Shown here: positions 16,732 to 25,016 of the stretch, piece by piece
Layout: each line of letters opens with the position of its first letter
Position numbering within the stretch: position 1 is the stretch's first letter
From: an uncultured Spirochaetaceae bacterium
Lineage (GTDB): Bacteria > Spirochaetota > Spirochaetia > DSM-27196 > SLST01
Direction of reading: 5' to 3'
Length of the DNA: 27,517 nt
Assembly: GCA_964625715.1 (NCBI GenBank)
Contig: CAZVEF010000019.1
Coordinates: 1-27,517, forward strand
Notes under the pieces: generated by a model
What the model was told of the DNA's origin: nothing
Databases searched by the model: none
What the model saw: only the letters and a program-made list of their open reading frames with translations
Program-made: the position numbers and the translations under genes

Positions 16732-17226
16732 GTGAACGTCGTGTCAAACCGCGGCCGCCCCGTGCCGATACTTGGAACGATGGCCACCGCAACGCTTCAC
16801 ACGCGCAGCATGGACGCCGTGCAGACCCGGCTCGAGGCGCTTCGCGAGCACTTCGACCGTTACTTCGACCGCGGCTGGCTCGCGATGATCATCGACGACC
16901 TTCCCATCGACTCGTCGGTCGTGCGGCAGATCCGTGCGATGCTCGCGCTTCCGGTCGTTTACGCCGAGGACCTGCCGGAGATCCGCTACGGGGTCGACAC
17001 GCTTCGTCTCTTCGCCACCGAGCTGCGCCGCCACCTGCTCCCGGTGCTTCGCGACCGCCTCGGCGTCAGCGGGTTCGGGGGGCTTCGTTCATCGCGTGCC
17101 ACCGACGAACGAGTCCATCGGCAGTTCCTCTGCATGACCTTTCCGCACAATCTGCGACGCCTTGAGGAAATGGTGCACGACCTCGACGAGGCGGCTCGTC
17201 GCGCCGCAGCCGCCGGGCAGTCGTAG
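16732..17226 (+). CDS. hypothetical protein (about 150-164 aa), no recognisable domain
   Basis: GC3-rich codon usage throughout. A GTG at 16732 lies 10 nt after GAGGAGGG, and an ATG at 16780 is the alternative start. It sits 55 nt upstream of the response-regulator gene on the same strand. Confidence 0.5.
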   Translation: MNVVSNRGRPVPILGTMATATLHTRSMDAVQTRLEALREHFDRYFDRGWLAMIIDDLPIDSSVVRQIRAMLALPVVYAEDLPEIRYGVDTLRLFATELRRHLLPVLRDRLGVSGFGGLRSSRATDERVHRQFLCMTFPHNLRRLEEMVHDLDEAARRAAAAGQS

Positions 17227-17281
17227 ACCTTGTCGCCGGGCGGGCGGTATAGTGGAGGCAGCCCTGCCGTAAGGAGAACCC

Positions 17282-17656
17282 GTGCGGATCCTGGTTGCCG
17301 AAGACGAGCGGATCAATCAGCTCTACATGTCCCGCTTCCTGACGGAAGCCGGCCACGAGGTCGTGACCGCCGCGGACGGCCGTGAGGCGATCGACCAGCT
17401 TGTCGCGCAGCCGTGCGACGTGATCCTCATGGACGTTCGCATGCCGGACCTCGACGGCGTAGAGGCAACGCGGCGCATCAGGGCGGGCGAGGCCGGCGAC
17501 GACCTGGTGAACGTGCCCATCATCGGGCTGACCGCCTACACCTCGAACGACGACCAGCGACTGCAGGCGGCGGCGGGCATCGACCGCTCGGTAACCAAAC
17601 CGGTCGACGAGCAGGAGTTGCTCGCGCTGCTGGAAGAAGTCGTCCCCCGGGGGTGA
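17282..17656 (+). CDS. single-domain CheY-like response regulator (receiver domain only)
   Basis: Receiver residues are present: acidic pair (AEDE), phospho-acceptor Asp (ILMDVRMPDLDG), conserved T (GLTAYTS) and K (VTKP). GTG start is preceded by AAGGAGA. No histidine kinase is present in the window. Confidence 0.8.
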   Translation: MRILVAEDERINQLYMSRFLTEAGHEVVTAADGREAIDQLVAQPCDVILMDVRMPDLDGVEATRRIRAGEAGDDLVNVPIIGLTAYTSNDDQRLQAAAGIDRSVTKPVDEQELLALLEEVVPRG

Positions 17657-17658
17657 GT

Positions 17659-18522
17659 ATGCGACGTATCGTTCCTGTGGTCTTGCTTGCAGCGGGCTTC
17701 GCGCTGCTCTCCGGCTGCGAGACGCTTCGCAGCCTGTTCCCCTCGGTCGAACGACCGACCGCGCGGGTGGAATCGGCGTCCCTGACGCGGCTCACGTTTT
17801 CCGACGCGGAGATCACGACCAGGATCGTCGTCGAGAACCCGAACGCCGTTTCAGTTACGCTCACGGGGTTCGCGTACGCGCTCGATGTGGAGGGGGTGGA
17901 GCTTCTCTCCGGTCATCAGAGCGAGGGGCTCAAGATCGAGGCGTTCGGCACGAGCAGGATCGATCTGCCGTTGCAGGTGGGCTTCCGCAACCTGCGCGAC
18001 ACCCTCGAGGCGATGCGTGGTCGGGACGAGGCGTCCTACGCGGTTGAGGTCGATCTGCAGTTCGAGCTGCTCGCGCTCGGGGCGGTCACGATTCCGGTCC
18101 GCCGCGAAGGGACGCTTCCTGTCGTACGGCCGCCTTCGGTTCGGGTCGTCGGGCTCGCGCTCGATTCGATGGGCATCACCGCAGCCGAGCTCTCGCTCAC
18201 CGTGGGAATCGAGAACCCGAACGTCTTCGCCTTCACGCTCGAGTCGCTCGACTACGCCTTCGCCGTCGACGGCAGGCTCTGGGCCGACGGGGCGACCGAC
18301 CGGCCGCGGCGCGTGCCGGCGGGAGGGAGCGGGAACGTGACCGTCGACATCCGAATCGGCTTCGCCGCCTTCGGTCGCACGGTCCGCGACCTCCTGCTCG
18401 GCGACGAGGACATTCCCTACTCGTTCGTCTCGCGCGCGCGGATCGACCCTGAGATCGACCTGATGCCCACGGTGAGCCTGCCCTTCGAGCGCGAGGGGAC
18501 GATTCCGTTGCGGAGGCCGTGA
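17659..18522 (+). CDS. lipoprotein with two LEA_2 / WHy (LEA14-like, water-stress and hypersensitive-response) domains
   Basis: Lipobox LLSGC. It has two repeats of the LEA_2-type pattern (ENPNAVSVTLTGFAYALDVEGVEL...; ENPNVFAFTLESLDYAFAVDGRLWA...). The ATG lies 2 nt after the response-regulator stop. Confidence 0.7.
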   Translation: MRRIVPVVLLAAGFALLSGCETLRSLFPSVERPTARVESASLTRLTFSDAEITTRIVVENPNAVSVTLTGFAYALDVEGVELLSGHQSEGLKIEAFGTSRIDLPLQVGFRNLRDTLEAMRGRDEASYAVEVDLQFELLALGAVTIPVRREGTLPVVRPPSVRVVGLALDSMGITAAELSLTVGIENPNVFAFTLESLDYAFAVDGRLWADGATDRPRRVPAGGSGNVTVDIRIGFAAFGRTVRDLLLGDEDIPYSFVSRARIDPEIDLMPTVSLPFEREGTIPLRRP

Positions 18523-19301
18523 TGAAGGGTGATCTCTGGGGCCAGCTCGGACGCTCGGACGAGGGTGGTGCGTCGTGGCAGGTCGGCCGGTGCCGCCTTT
18601 GGGTGCGCTCGGCGCGCGACGAGTGGGAGCTCGCCTGGCGTCACATCGAGACCGACGATGAGATTCCTGAAGCCGTGCCCGAAGCCGATCTCGCGTGGAC
18701 GCGCTACGTCACCGTAGCCGACGACCGGGTCGAGGTGGTCCCGGCGCTTCCCGACCGACCGGTCGTCGTTCGTCCGGCCTCGCCGATCGCGATCCTGCCG
18801 GGGAGGTGGGGCGGTTTCTTCTTCCGGGTGCCGCTGTGGATTCGGTTCGTCTCGCGCGGAGAGGGCCGACCGTCGACGATGGAGGAGGTCCCGTCTCGCC
18901 GCTTGACCTCGACCTGGTTCGGCGATCTCGCCACAGGAGAGCTCTGCTACGCAATCGAGGCGCCGCTCGAGCGACGCCTCGACGATTTGCACATGGACGA
19001 CGCGTTCGCCGCCTGCGAGGTGATGGTGCGGAACAACAGCCGGGAACGCTTGCGGTTCGAGCGGATCTGCGTGCACGTCGAGCACATGCGCCTCTACGAC
19101 GGGGCCGACCGTCTGTGGACGAACGAGCTCCGGGTTTCGTTTCGGGGCGCAGACCAGGTGAGTCAGCTGACCTTCCTCCCGCGTCCACCGGCGCGCGCGG
19201 GCGATGCCGAGCCGCTCTCGCAACCCCGCATCGCGCCCGAAACGGGCCTCCTCAAGCGAAGCTTCGCGGTCATTCGGGAGATCGCGGGGATGGAACGATG
19301 A
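18522..19301 (+). CDS. hypothetical protein (260 aa), Trp/Arg-rich, no signal peptide, no domain recognised
   Basis: The ATG overlaps the upstream stop (TGATG) and is preceded by CGGAGG. The stop overlaps the mscS ATG (ATGA). Coding-like GC3 bias. Confidence 0.6.
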   Translation: MKGDLWGQLGRSDEGGASWQVGRCRLWVRSARDEWELAWRHIETDDEIPEAVPEADLAWTRYVTVADDRVEVVPALPDRPVVVRPASPIAILPGRWGGFFFRVPLWIRFVSRGEGRPSTMEEVPSRRLTSTWFGDLATGELCYAIEAPLERRLDDLHMDDAFAACEVMVRNNSRERLRFERICVHVEHMRLYDGADRLWTNELRVSFRGADQVSQLTFLPRPPARAGDAEPLSQPRIAPETGLLKRSFAVIREIAGMER

Positions 19302-20224
19302 GCTTCCTGCAGGAGATCGACTGGGGCGGCATATTCACCGCGCAGACGCTCGCCGCTCTCGTGCGCGTGTTCGTGTACGCGGTGCTCGGGCTGCTCGCGC
19401 TCCGCGTGCTCGTATTCGTCGTCCGGCGTACGCTGCGTCGCCGAGCAACCGCGCAGGTTACCATGCTCGTCACCAAGACGATCAGCTACGCCGGCGTCGC
19501 GGCGATCGTGGCGGTCGTGCTCCTTGAGCTCGGGGTCAACCTCACACCCATCCTCGGTGCCGCCGGCATCGTAGGCCTCGCGGTGGGCATCGCCTCGCAG
19601 GCGAGTCTGTCGAACATGATCAGCGGGCTCTTCCTCGTCTCCGAGAAGCCGTTCGCCGTCGGCGACGTGATCCGGACCGGCGAGACCGTCGGCACCGTCG
19701 AAAGCATCGACTTGCTGTCGGTGAAGCTGCGCACCTTCGACAACCTGTTCATCCGCGTTCCCAACGAGAAGCTCGCGAGCGCGCAACTCACCACGATCAC
19801 GAAGTATCCCATCCGTCGGCTCGATATCCACCTCGTGGTACCCTTCGACGTCGACCTGGCCGAGCTCTTCGAGCTCCTCCAGTCCATAGCGCGGGAGAAT
19901 GCGAACTGCCTCCAGGAGCCGACGCCGATCGTCGTACCCGACCGCTACCTCGAGTACGGAACGCGGATCCTCTTCGGCGTGTGGTTCGCGAAGGCCGATT
20001 TCCTCGTCGTCAAGTCCGAGCTCTACGCAGAGGTTCTCAGGCGACTCGCCGCCGCCGGGATACGACCGGCCGTGCCGCGTCAGGAGCTCAGCGCGCAGCG
20101 GGGATCGCTCGAGGTCACGCTGGCCGGTGACGACGGGGCGTCCTGCGGTGCTCCCGAGGCGGGTACCGCCGACCCGCACGGCACTGGCGGCCGGTCGCTC
20201 AGCGAGGACCCTCCCGGCTGGTGA
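19298..20224 (+). CDS. mscS: small-conductance mechanosensitive channel (MscS family)
   Basis: TM helices are followed by the MscS beta-domain (PFAVGDVIRTGETVGTVESIDLLSVKLRTFDNLFIRVPNEKLAS). I place the start at MSFLQEIDWG (ATG 19298). Confidence 0.85.
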   Translation: MSFLQEIDWGGIFTAQTLAALVRVFVYAVLGLLALRVLVFVVRRTLRRRATAQVTMLVTKTISYAGVAAIVAVVLLELGVNLTPILGAAGIVGLAVGIASQASLSNMISGLFLVSEKPFAVGDVIRTGETVGTVESIDLLSVKLRTFDNLFIRVPNEKLASAQLTTITKYPIRRLDIHLVVPFDVDLAELFELLQSIARENANCLQEPTPIVVPDRYLEYGTRILFGVWFAKADFLVVKSELYAEVLRRLAAAGIRPAVPRQELSAQRGSLEVTLAGDDGASCGAPEAGTADPHGTGGRSLSEDPPGW

Positions 20225-20280
20225 GCCGCGGCCGGTCGCTCAGCGAGGACCCTCCCGGCTGGTGAGCCGCGGCCGGTCGG
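20189..20280. repeat. exact 41-bp tandem duplication (2.2 copies) spanning the mscS stop codon
   Basis: ggccggtcgctcagcgaggaccctcccggctggtgagccgc occurs at 20189-20229 and again at 20230-20270. A partial third copy follows (ggccggtcgg). The first copy encodes the last 12 codons plus the TGA of mscS. Confidence 0.9.
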
Positions 20281-20292
20281 CCGCGTCGATCG

Positions 20293-20952
20293 TCAGCCGC
20301 CCGGGCGGGACGGATGCCTGCACGCGCCGCGGATACCGGTCGATGCGAGCGCGACGAGCGCGATCTTGAGCGCGTCGCCCACGAGGAAGGGTGCCACCCC
20401 GACGGCGACGACGCGGTCCCAGCCGACGAAGCGCGAGAGCCGGACCGTGCCGGCGGCGTACACGACGAGCGTCGCGGCCGCGAGCGCGCCGATCGTGACC
20501 AGCAGGTCGAGCGCGGCCGAATGGGCGGCAGGCGCACCCCCGCCGGCAGCCGAGCTCGCCGTGATCGGTACGGGGCGACCTGAACGCGCGGTCCGGCTGC
20601 GGTCGAACCACGCGCCTACGAGCATCGCCGCGGGGAGGAATCCGAGGAGGTAGCCGCCCGTCGGACCGGCCAGGACGGCCGGACCGGCGTTTGCGCCCGC
20701 GAAGACCGGCATGCCGGCAATTCCCTGGGCGAGGTAGGCGAGCACGGCCAGCGAGCCCCGCCGCGCGCCCAGCGTGGCCGCTACCGCGAGGACGCCCAGC
20801 GTCTGGCCGCTCACCGGGACCGGCCACAGCGGCACGGAAACCTGCGCGAGCACGCCGATGGCGAGACTGCCGAGCAGGGCGATGAGTAGATCCGCTCGGC
20901 GGGTATGGGGAATCGCGAACGAGCTCGCGATCGGTGTGGTAACGGTGTTCAT
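20293..20952 (-). CDS. bioY: BioY-family biotin transporter (ECF S-component type)
   Basis: BioY-like block: VPVSGQTLGVLAVAATLGARRGSLAVLAYLAQGIAGMPVFAGANAGPAVLAGPTGGYLLGFLPAAM. I place the start at MNTVTTPI (ATG 20952). The upstream in-frame segment to 21039 has poor codon usage and is more likely leader, but a start at 21039 cannot be excluded. Confidence 0.75.
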   Translation of the reverse strand: MNTVTTPIASSFAIPHTRRADLLIALLGSLAIGVLAQVSVPLWPVPVSGQTLGVLAVAATLGARRGSLAVLAYLAQGIAGMPVFAGANAGPAVLAGPTGGYLLGFLPAAMLVGAWFDRSRTARSGRPVPITASSAAGGGAPAAHSAALDLLVTIGALAAATLVVYAAGTVRLSRFVGWDRVVAVGVAPFLVGDALKIALVALASTGIRGACRHPSRPGG

Positions 20953-21032
20953 GACCGCATCGTAGCGGAACGGGGGACGCGTGTCATGCCGCGTACGAAT
21001 CGGCTTGACGGATCCGGCACGCGGGTGTAGAG

Positions 21033-21061
21033 GATTCATTGTACTAAGTCTTTAGTATAAT
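21033..21061 (+). promoter_or_regulatory. candidate promoter with consensus -10 TATAAT (21056-21061) and weak -35, giving a leaderless or near-leaderless GntR transcript; overlapped by operator palindrome
   Basis: TATAAT lies 7 nt upstream of the ATG at 21069. Inverted repeat TGTACTAA-gtct-TTAGTAtA at 21040-21059 (8-bp arms, one mismatch) carries GTAC cores of the kind seen in GntR-family operators and overlaps the -10. On the opposite strand the same region reads TATACT upstream of bioY. Confidence 0.4.
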
Positions 21062-21068
21062 CGAATGG

Positions 21069-21485
21069 ATGGCGAAGATGCCGGCAGAGAAAAGACGCGA
21101 CGAGCTCAGCTTCGTACTCGACCCGACCGGTGGCGTGCCCTTCTACCGCCAGATCATCCAGCAGGTGGAGATGGCGATCGCCGACGGCCGTCTCGCCGCC
21201 GGAACCCAGCTGCCCACCGTACGACGGCTCGCCGTCGACCTGGAGATCAACCCGAACACGGTCGCCCGCGCGTACAGCGAGCTCGAGATCCGGGGTGTGG
21301 TCATCACGCAGCAGGGGACCGGGACGTTCATCAGCGACCGGGAGATCGATGTAACCGACGAGGAACGCGAGCAGATCCTCATGCGCCTCGTCCGGTCGTT
21401 TCTCGCCTCGGCGAGCGGATACGGCTTCTCGATCGACGAGGTGATCGCCTTCCTCGAACGTCTCAAGGAGGAAACCGATGAGTGA
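21069..21485 (+). CDS. GntR-family transcriptional regulator, YtrA-like short C-terminal subfamily
   Basis: GntR winged-HTH block (LPTVRRLAVDLEINPNTVARAYSELEIRGVVITQQGTGTFI) and a short C-terminal domain of about 60 aa. Total 138 aa. Confidence 0.8.
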   Translation: MAKMPAEKRRDELSFVLDPTGGVPFYRQIIQQVEMAIADGRLAAGTQLPTVRRLAVDLEINPNTVARAYSELEIRGVVITQQGTGTFISDREIDVTDEEREQILMRLVRSFLASASGYGFSIDEVIAFLERLKEETDE

Positions 21486-22650
21486 ATCAGGAGCACGGTC
21501 CGGGTTCTTCGGCCGATTGCTCGATCGGCACGACGAGCCACCCTCGACGCGGCAGCCGGCACGGCGCCACCGTGGCGACTTCCGCTTCAACACGCTGAGC
21601 GCGATCGCGCTCGTCGCCTTCCTCGGGATCGGCTTCGGGCTGCAGATGGGCGTGGGCGAGCTGCCCGCGAGCGAGGACGTTGCGCTCGTCGCCGCGGGGG
21701 TGCTCGTGGTCGTGGGGATCCTCTTCGCGCTCCCGTACTGGGCGGTCGTCGTGATCGCGGTGGGCGGTGTGTGGGCGACGCTTCCCGTTCTCTTCGAGAC
21801 CGATCTGTCGATCGCCGGCGCGGCGATCAGCCTGGGGCTCATCATCGCCCCGGGAATCGAGGTCATCAGCCAATGGGACAAGATCGTCGTGCTTCGGCTG
21901 GGGAAGTTCCACCGCGTGCGCGGGCCCGGTCCGCTGCTGCTGCTGCCGCTGCTGGATTCGATCGCCGGCTACGTCGACACGCGTATCCGCGTCACCGACT
22001 TCTCGGCGGAGAAGAGCCTCACGCGCGATACCGTGCCCGTCCACGTGGACGCGCTCGCGTTCTGGATGATCTGGGACGCGCACCGCGCGGTGCTCGAAGT
22101 GCAGGACTTCGAGCAGGCGGTGATCCTGAGCGCGCAGACCGCGTTGCGCGCGAGTATCGGCGCGAACGAGTTGTCCACGCTGCTCGGCGAGCGCGATCGG
22201 CTCTCGCGCGAGATCCAGCAGATCGTCGACGCGAAGACGAACCCCTGGGGCATCACGATCCTCTCGGTCGAGTTCAAGGAGATCCTCATCCCCAGGGAGC
22301 TCGAGGACGCGCTCTCGCGCCAGGCTCAGGCGTCGCGCGAGCGCCAGGCGCGGGTCATCCTCGGCGGCGCGGAGGCGGAGATCGCCGCGAGCTACGAGAA
22401 GGCGGCACGGACGTACCACGACGATCCGGTCGCGCTGCAGCTCCGCGCGATGAGCATGATCTACGAGAGCATCCGCAACAAGGGCGGGCTCGTGCTCGTC
22501 CCGTCGGACGCGCTGCGGACGATGAACCTCGGGACGGTGCTCGGTGCGAAGGCGTACCAGGCCGGCGGGTTCGATCCCGGCGCCGCGGGCGGCGAGACCT
22601 CCGGCGATGCCGATGGCGCCGGGGCGCCGAGTGGCTCCGGCTCTGCCTGA
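21478..22650 (+). CDS. SPFH/Band-7 (stomatin-like) membrane protein with extended N-terminal TM region and Gly-rich C-terminal tail
   Basis: SPFH-domain block: VVLRLGKFHRVRGPGPLLLLPLLDSIAGYVDTRIRVTDF...TRDTVPVHVDALAFWMIWD...NPWGITILSVEFKEI. N-terminal TM helices. The start overlaps the GntR stop (ATGAGTGA). Confidence 0.8.
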   Translation: MSESGARSGFFGRLLDRHDEPPSTRQPARRHRGDFRFNTLSAIALVAFLGIGFGLQMGVGELPASEDVALVAAGVLVVVGILFALPYWAVVVIAVGGVWATLPVLFETDLSIAGAAISLGLIIAPGIEVISQWDKIVVLRLGKFHRVRGPGPLLLLPLLDSIAGYVDTRIRVTDFSAEKSLTRDTVPVHVDALAFWMIWDAHRAVLEVQDFEQAVILSAQTALRASIGANELSTLLGERDRLSREIQQIVDAKTNPWGITILSVEFKEILIPRELEDALSRQAQASRERQARVILGGAEAEIAASYEKAARTYHDDPVALQLRAMSMIYESIRNKGGLVLVPSDALRTMNLGTVLGAKAYQAGGFDPGAAGGETSGDADGAGAPSGSGSA

Positions 22651-22707
22651 CCCGCCGACCTTGCCCGCTTCCGCGCGCTTCGGTACGCTGGAGGTGGAGG
22701 ATGCACC

Positions 22708-23691
22708 ATGAACTACAGGGTATTCGGCAGAACCGGCTGGAAGGTCTCGGAGGTAGGATTCGGCGCGTGGGCGATCGGCGGAGCGTGGGGCGACGTGCCT
22801 GAGGACGACGCGGTCGCGGCGCTCAATGCTGCGATCGACAACGGTGTGAACTTCATCGACACCGCCGACGTCTACGGCGACGGCAGGAGCGAGCAGATCA
22901 TCGCGCGCGTGCTCAAGGACCGATCCGAGGACATCCGCGTGGCGACCAAGGCCGGGCGCAGGTTGAGCCCGCACGTCGCCGACGGGTACAACCGCGAGAA
23001 CCTCACCGCGTTCATCGACCGGAGCCTGAAGAATCTGGGGGTCGACGCGCTCGACCTCGTCCAGCTCCACTGCCCACCGACCGACGTCTACTACAGGCCG
23101 GAGGTCTTCGGTGTGCTCGACGATCTCGTGGCCGCGGGCAAGATCCGCTACTACGGAGTCAGCGTGGAGAAGGTCGAGGAAGCGATCAAGGCGATCGAGT
23201 ACCCGAACGTCGCGAGCGTGCAGATCATCTTCAACATGTTCCGACAGCGCCCCGCCGACCTCTTCTTCAAGCTCGCGAAGGAGGCCGACGTCGCGATCCT
23301 CGCGCGGGTACCGCTCGCGAGCGGGCTCTTGACCGGCAAGATGAGCCGCGAATCGACCTTCGCCTCGGACGACCACCGGAACTTCAACCGCGAGGGCCAG
23401 GCCTTCGATCGGGGCGAGACCTTCGCGGGCGTGGACTTCGAAACCGGGCTCGAGGCGGTCGAAGAGATCCGCAAGCTCAAGCCCGCCGAGGCGACGATGG
23501 CGCAGTTCGCGCTGAGGTGGATCCTCCAGTTCGACGCGGTCTCGGTCGCGATCCCCGGTGCGAAGAACCCGGAGCAGGCGAAGGCGAACGCGGCGGCGAG
23601 CGATCTCGCCTCGCTCGACCGGGACACGCTCGAGAAGGTGCGACGCGCCTACGAGGAGCACATCAAGCCCGAGGTGCACCATCTATGGTGA
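22708..23691 (+). CDS. aldo/keto reductase family oxidoreductase
   Basis: AKR blocks FIDTADVYGDG and LVQLHCP, with a C-terminal IPGAKNPEQ. GGAGG lies upstream of the ATG. Confidence 0.85.
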   Translation: MNYRVFGRTGWKVSEVGFGAWAIGGAWGDVPEDDAVAALNAAIDNGVNFIDTADVYGDGRSEQIIARVLKDRSEDIRVATKAGRRLSPHVADGYNRENLTAFIDRSLKNLGVDALDLVQLHCPPTDVYYRPEVFGVLDDLVAAGKIRYYGVSVEKVEEAIKAIEYPNVASVQIIFNMFRQRPADLFFKLAKEADVAILARVPLASGLLTGKMSRESTFASDDHRNFNREGQAFDRGETFAGVDFETGLEAVEEIRKLKPAEATMAQFALRWILQFDAVSVAIPGAKNPEQAKANAAASDLASLDRDTLEKVRRAYEEHIKPEVHHLW

Positions 23692-24986
23692 GCTTCATGC
23701 GGATCCTCAGCACCGCCGGGCCGACAGCCCCGCGGGTGCGGCGCGGCGTGCTCGTCGTACTGCTGCTCGTCAGCCTGAGCGGCGTCGCGTTCGGACAGAT
23801 GGACATGCTGCCCCAGATCTTCCGCGATCTGCCCCCTGAGCTGCGGCAGGGGCTGCCCGAACAGATGTCGTTTGCCGAGTACCGCGCGCTCAACCGGAAC
23901 ATCGACTTCTTCACCATGTTCATGTCGATGTTCGTTCCCGGCTACGGTCTCTTCCAGGTCGAGCGCCCGGAGCTCGCGTGGACGATGGTGGGCGCGCGCG
24001 CCGCCGGCTACGGGCTGATCGCGGCCGGGGTCGCGCTCCAGTGGAACCACTTCTACTCGCTCGTGGAGGACCCCCTCCCGTCGTCGGAGGACTTTCAGCG
24101 ACTGCTCACCAACGGGCTCATCGCCGGCAGCGGCCTTGTTCTCGCGGGCACGACCTGGGCTGCCGACGTTGTGCTCGCCTACCAGTTCGCGAAGAACGAC
24201 AAGAACCTCGTCCAGTACACCTACGGCATCCGCTCGTCCATCTACGGCAGCAGCCGGGGAGGCGCGGATGCCGGCTCCGACGAAGCGTTCCTGCGTCGGC
24301 TTCTCGCGCAGGAGGGGGACCGGCGGCTGGAGGACCAGCTGCTCGCAGACCTGCCCGAGTACGCGCGGCGCTACCCGGAGGAGGAGTTTTCGGGCGAGGC
24401 GCTCTACTTCGCCGCGCTGCTCCACGCGGAGCGCGACGACGATCCCGACGCCCTGCGCTTCGCACTCCGCTCGGCGTACCTCTACCCGCGCGGTGAGCGT
24501 ACCGACGACGCGCTCCGGCTTGCCGCGCGCCTGCTCGAGCGAAATCGACATTGGGACCTCTCGTACGACGACGCGGTCGAGGTGAGCAACGTCCCCGTCG
24601 CGGAGGGGACGGATGCTCGCTTCCTCGCCGGGATCCTCCGCCTCTCTCGGCTCGACGAGCAGGAGCTCACCGAAGCGGCCGTCAGGGAGGTCCGTACGTT
24701 CCTCACCGAGTACGGATCGGGCCCGCACCTCGCGGATGGTCTCTCGCTGGCCGCGGAGCTCCTGCTTGATCTCGGACGCGTGGAGGAAGCGACCGGCTAT
24801 CTCGCCGCGCTCGCCGTGAACGCACCGGAGAGCGAGGAGTGGCCGGCCGCTGTTCTGCAGCTGGCGAAGCTCTACCTCGGGCCGCTCAGAGACCGTGTCC
24901 GTGCCGAGATCCTGCTCGAGGCGCTTACGGAGCACCGGCCGGACTCTCCCGAGGCGCGTGAGGCTCGCGAGCTCGAAGGCGAGTAG
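23685..24986 (+). CDS. hypothetical exported/membrane protein with helical-repeat (TPR-like) C-terminal region
   Basis: The ATG at 23685 overlaps the AKR stop. A signal-like segment from the second Met (MRILSTAGPTAPRVRRGVLVVLLLVSLSGVAFGQ) is followed by hydrophobic segments and Ala/Leu-rich repeats. The start could instead be the ATG at 23697. Confidence 0.55.
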   Translation: MVSFMRILSTAGPTAPRVRRGVLVVLLLVSLSGVAFGQMDMLPQIFRDLPPELRQGLPEQMSFAEYRALNRNIDFFTMFMSMFVPGYGLFQVERPELAWTMVGARAAGYGLIAAGVALQWNHFYSLVEDPLPSSEDFQRLLTNGLIAGSGLVLAGTTWAADVVLAYQFAKNDKNLVQYTYGIRSSIYGSSRGGADAGSDEAFLRRLLAQEGDRRLEDQLLADLPEYARRYPEEEFSGEALYFAALLHAERDDDPDALRFALRSAYLYPRGERTDDALRLAARLLERNRHWDLSYDDAVEVSNVPVAEGTDARFLAGILRLSRLDEQELTEAAVREVRTFLTEYGSGPHLADGLSLAAELLLDLGRVEEATGYLAALAVNAPESEEWPAAVLQLAKLYLGPLRDRVRAEILLEALTEHRPDSPEAREARELEGE

Positions 24987-25016
24987 GATCGAGCCGCGCC
25001 CATGGCGAAGGCGGTC

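Noticed and set aside
16731-16746. LexA/Cheo-box-like GAACGTCGTGTC upstream of the rmuC-polB operon
   Set aside because: The second half-site is TGTC rather than GTTC, so it does not match the GAAC-N4-GTTC or CTGT-N8-ACAG consensus. Kept only as a low-weight note.
20952-21039. Longer BioY N-terminus starting at ATG 21039
   Set aside because: The extra 29 codons use AT-ending and rare codons (AAT, CCT, CTA, CGT, ATT, CAT) unlike the rest of the gene, and they would place the start inside the operator/promoter palindrome. The internal ATG at 20952 is preferred, but the longer form is not excluded.
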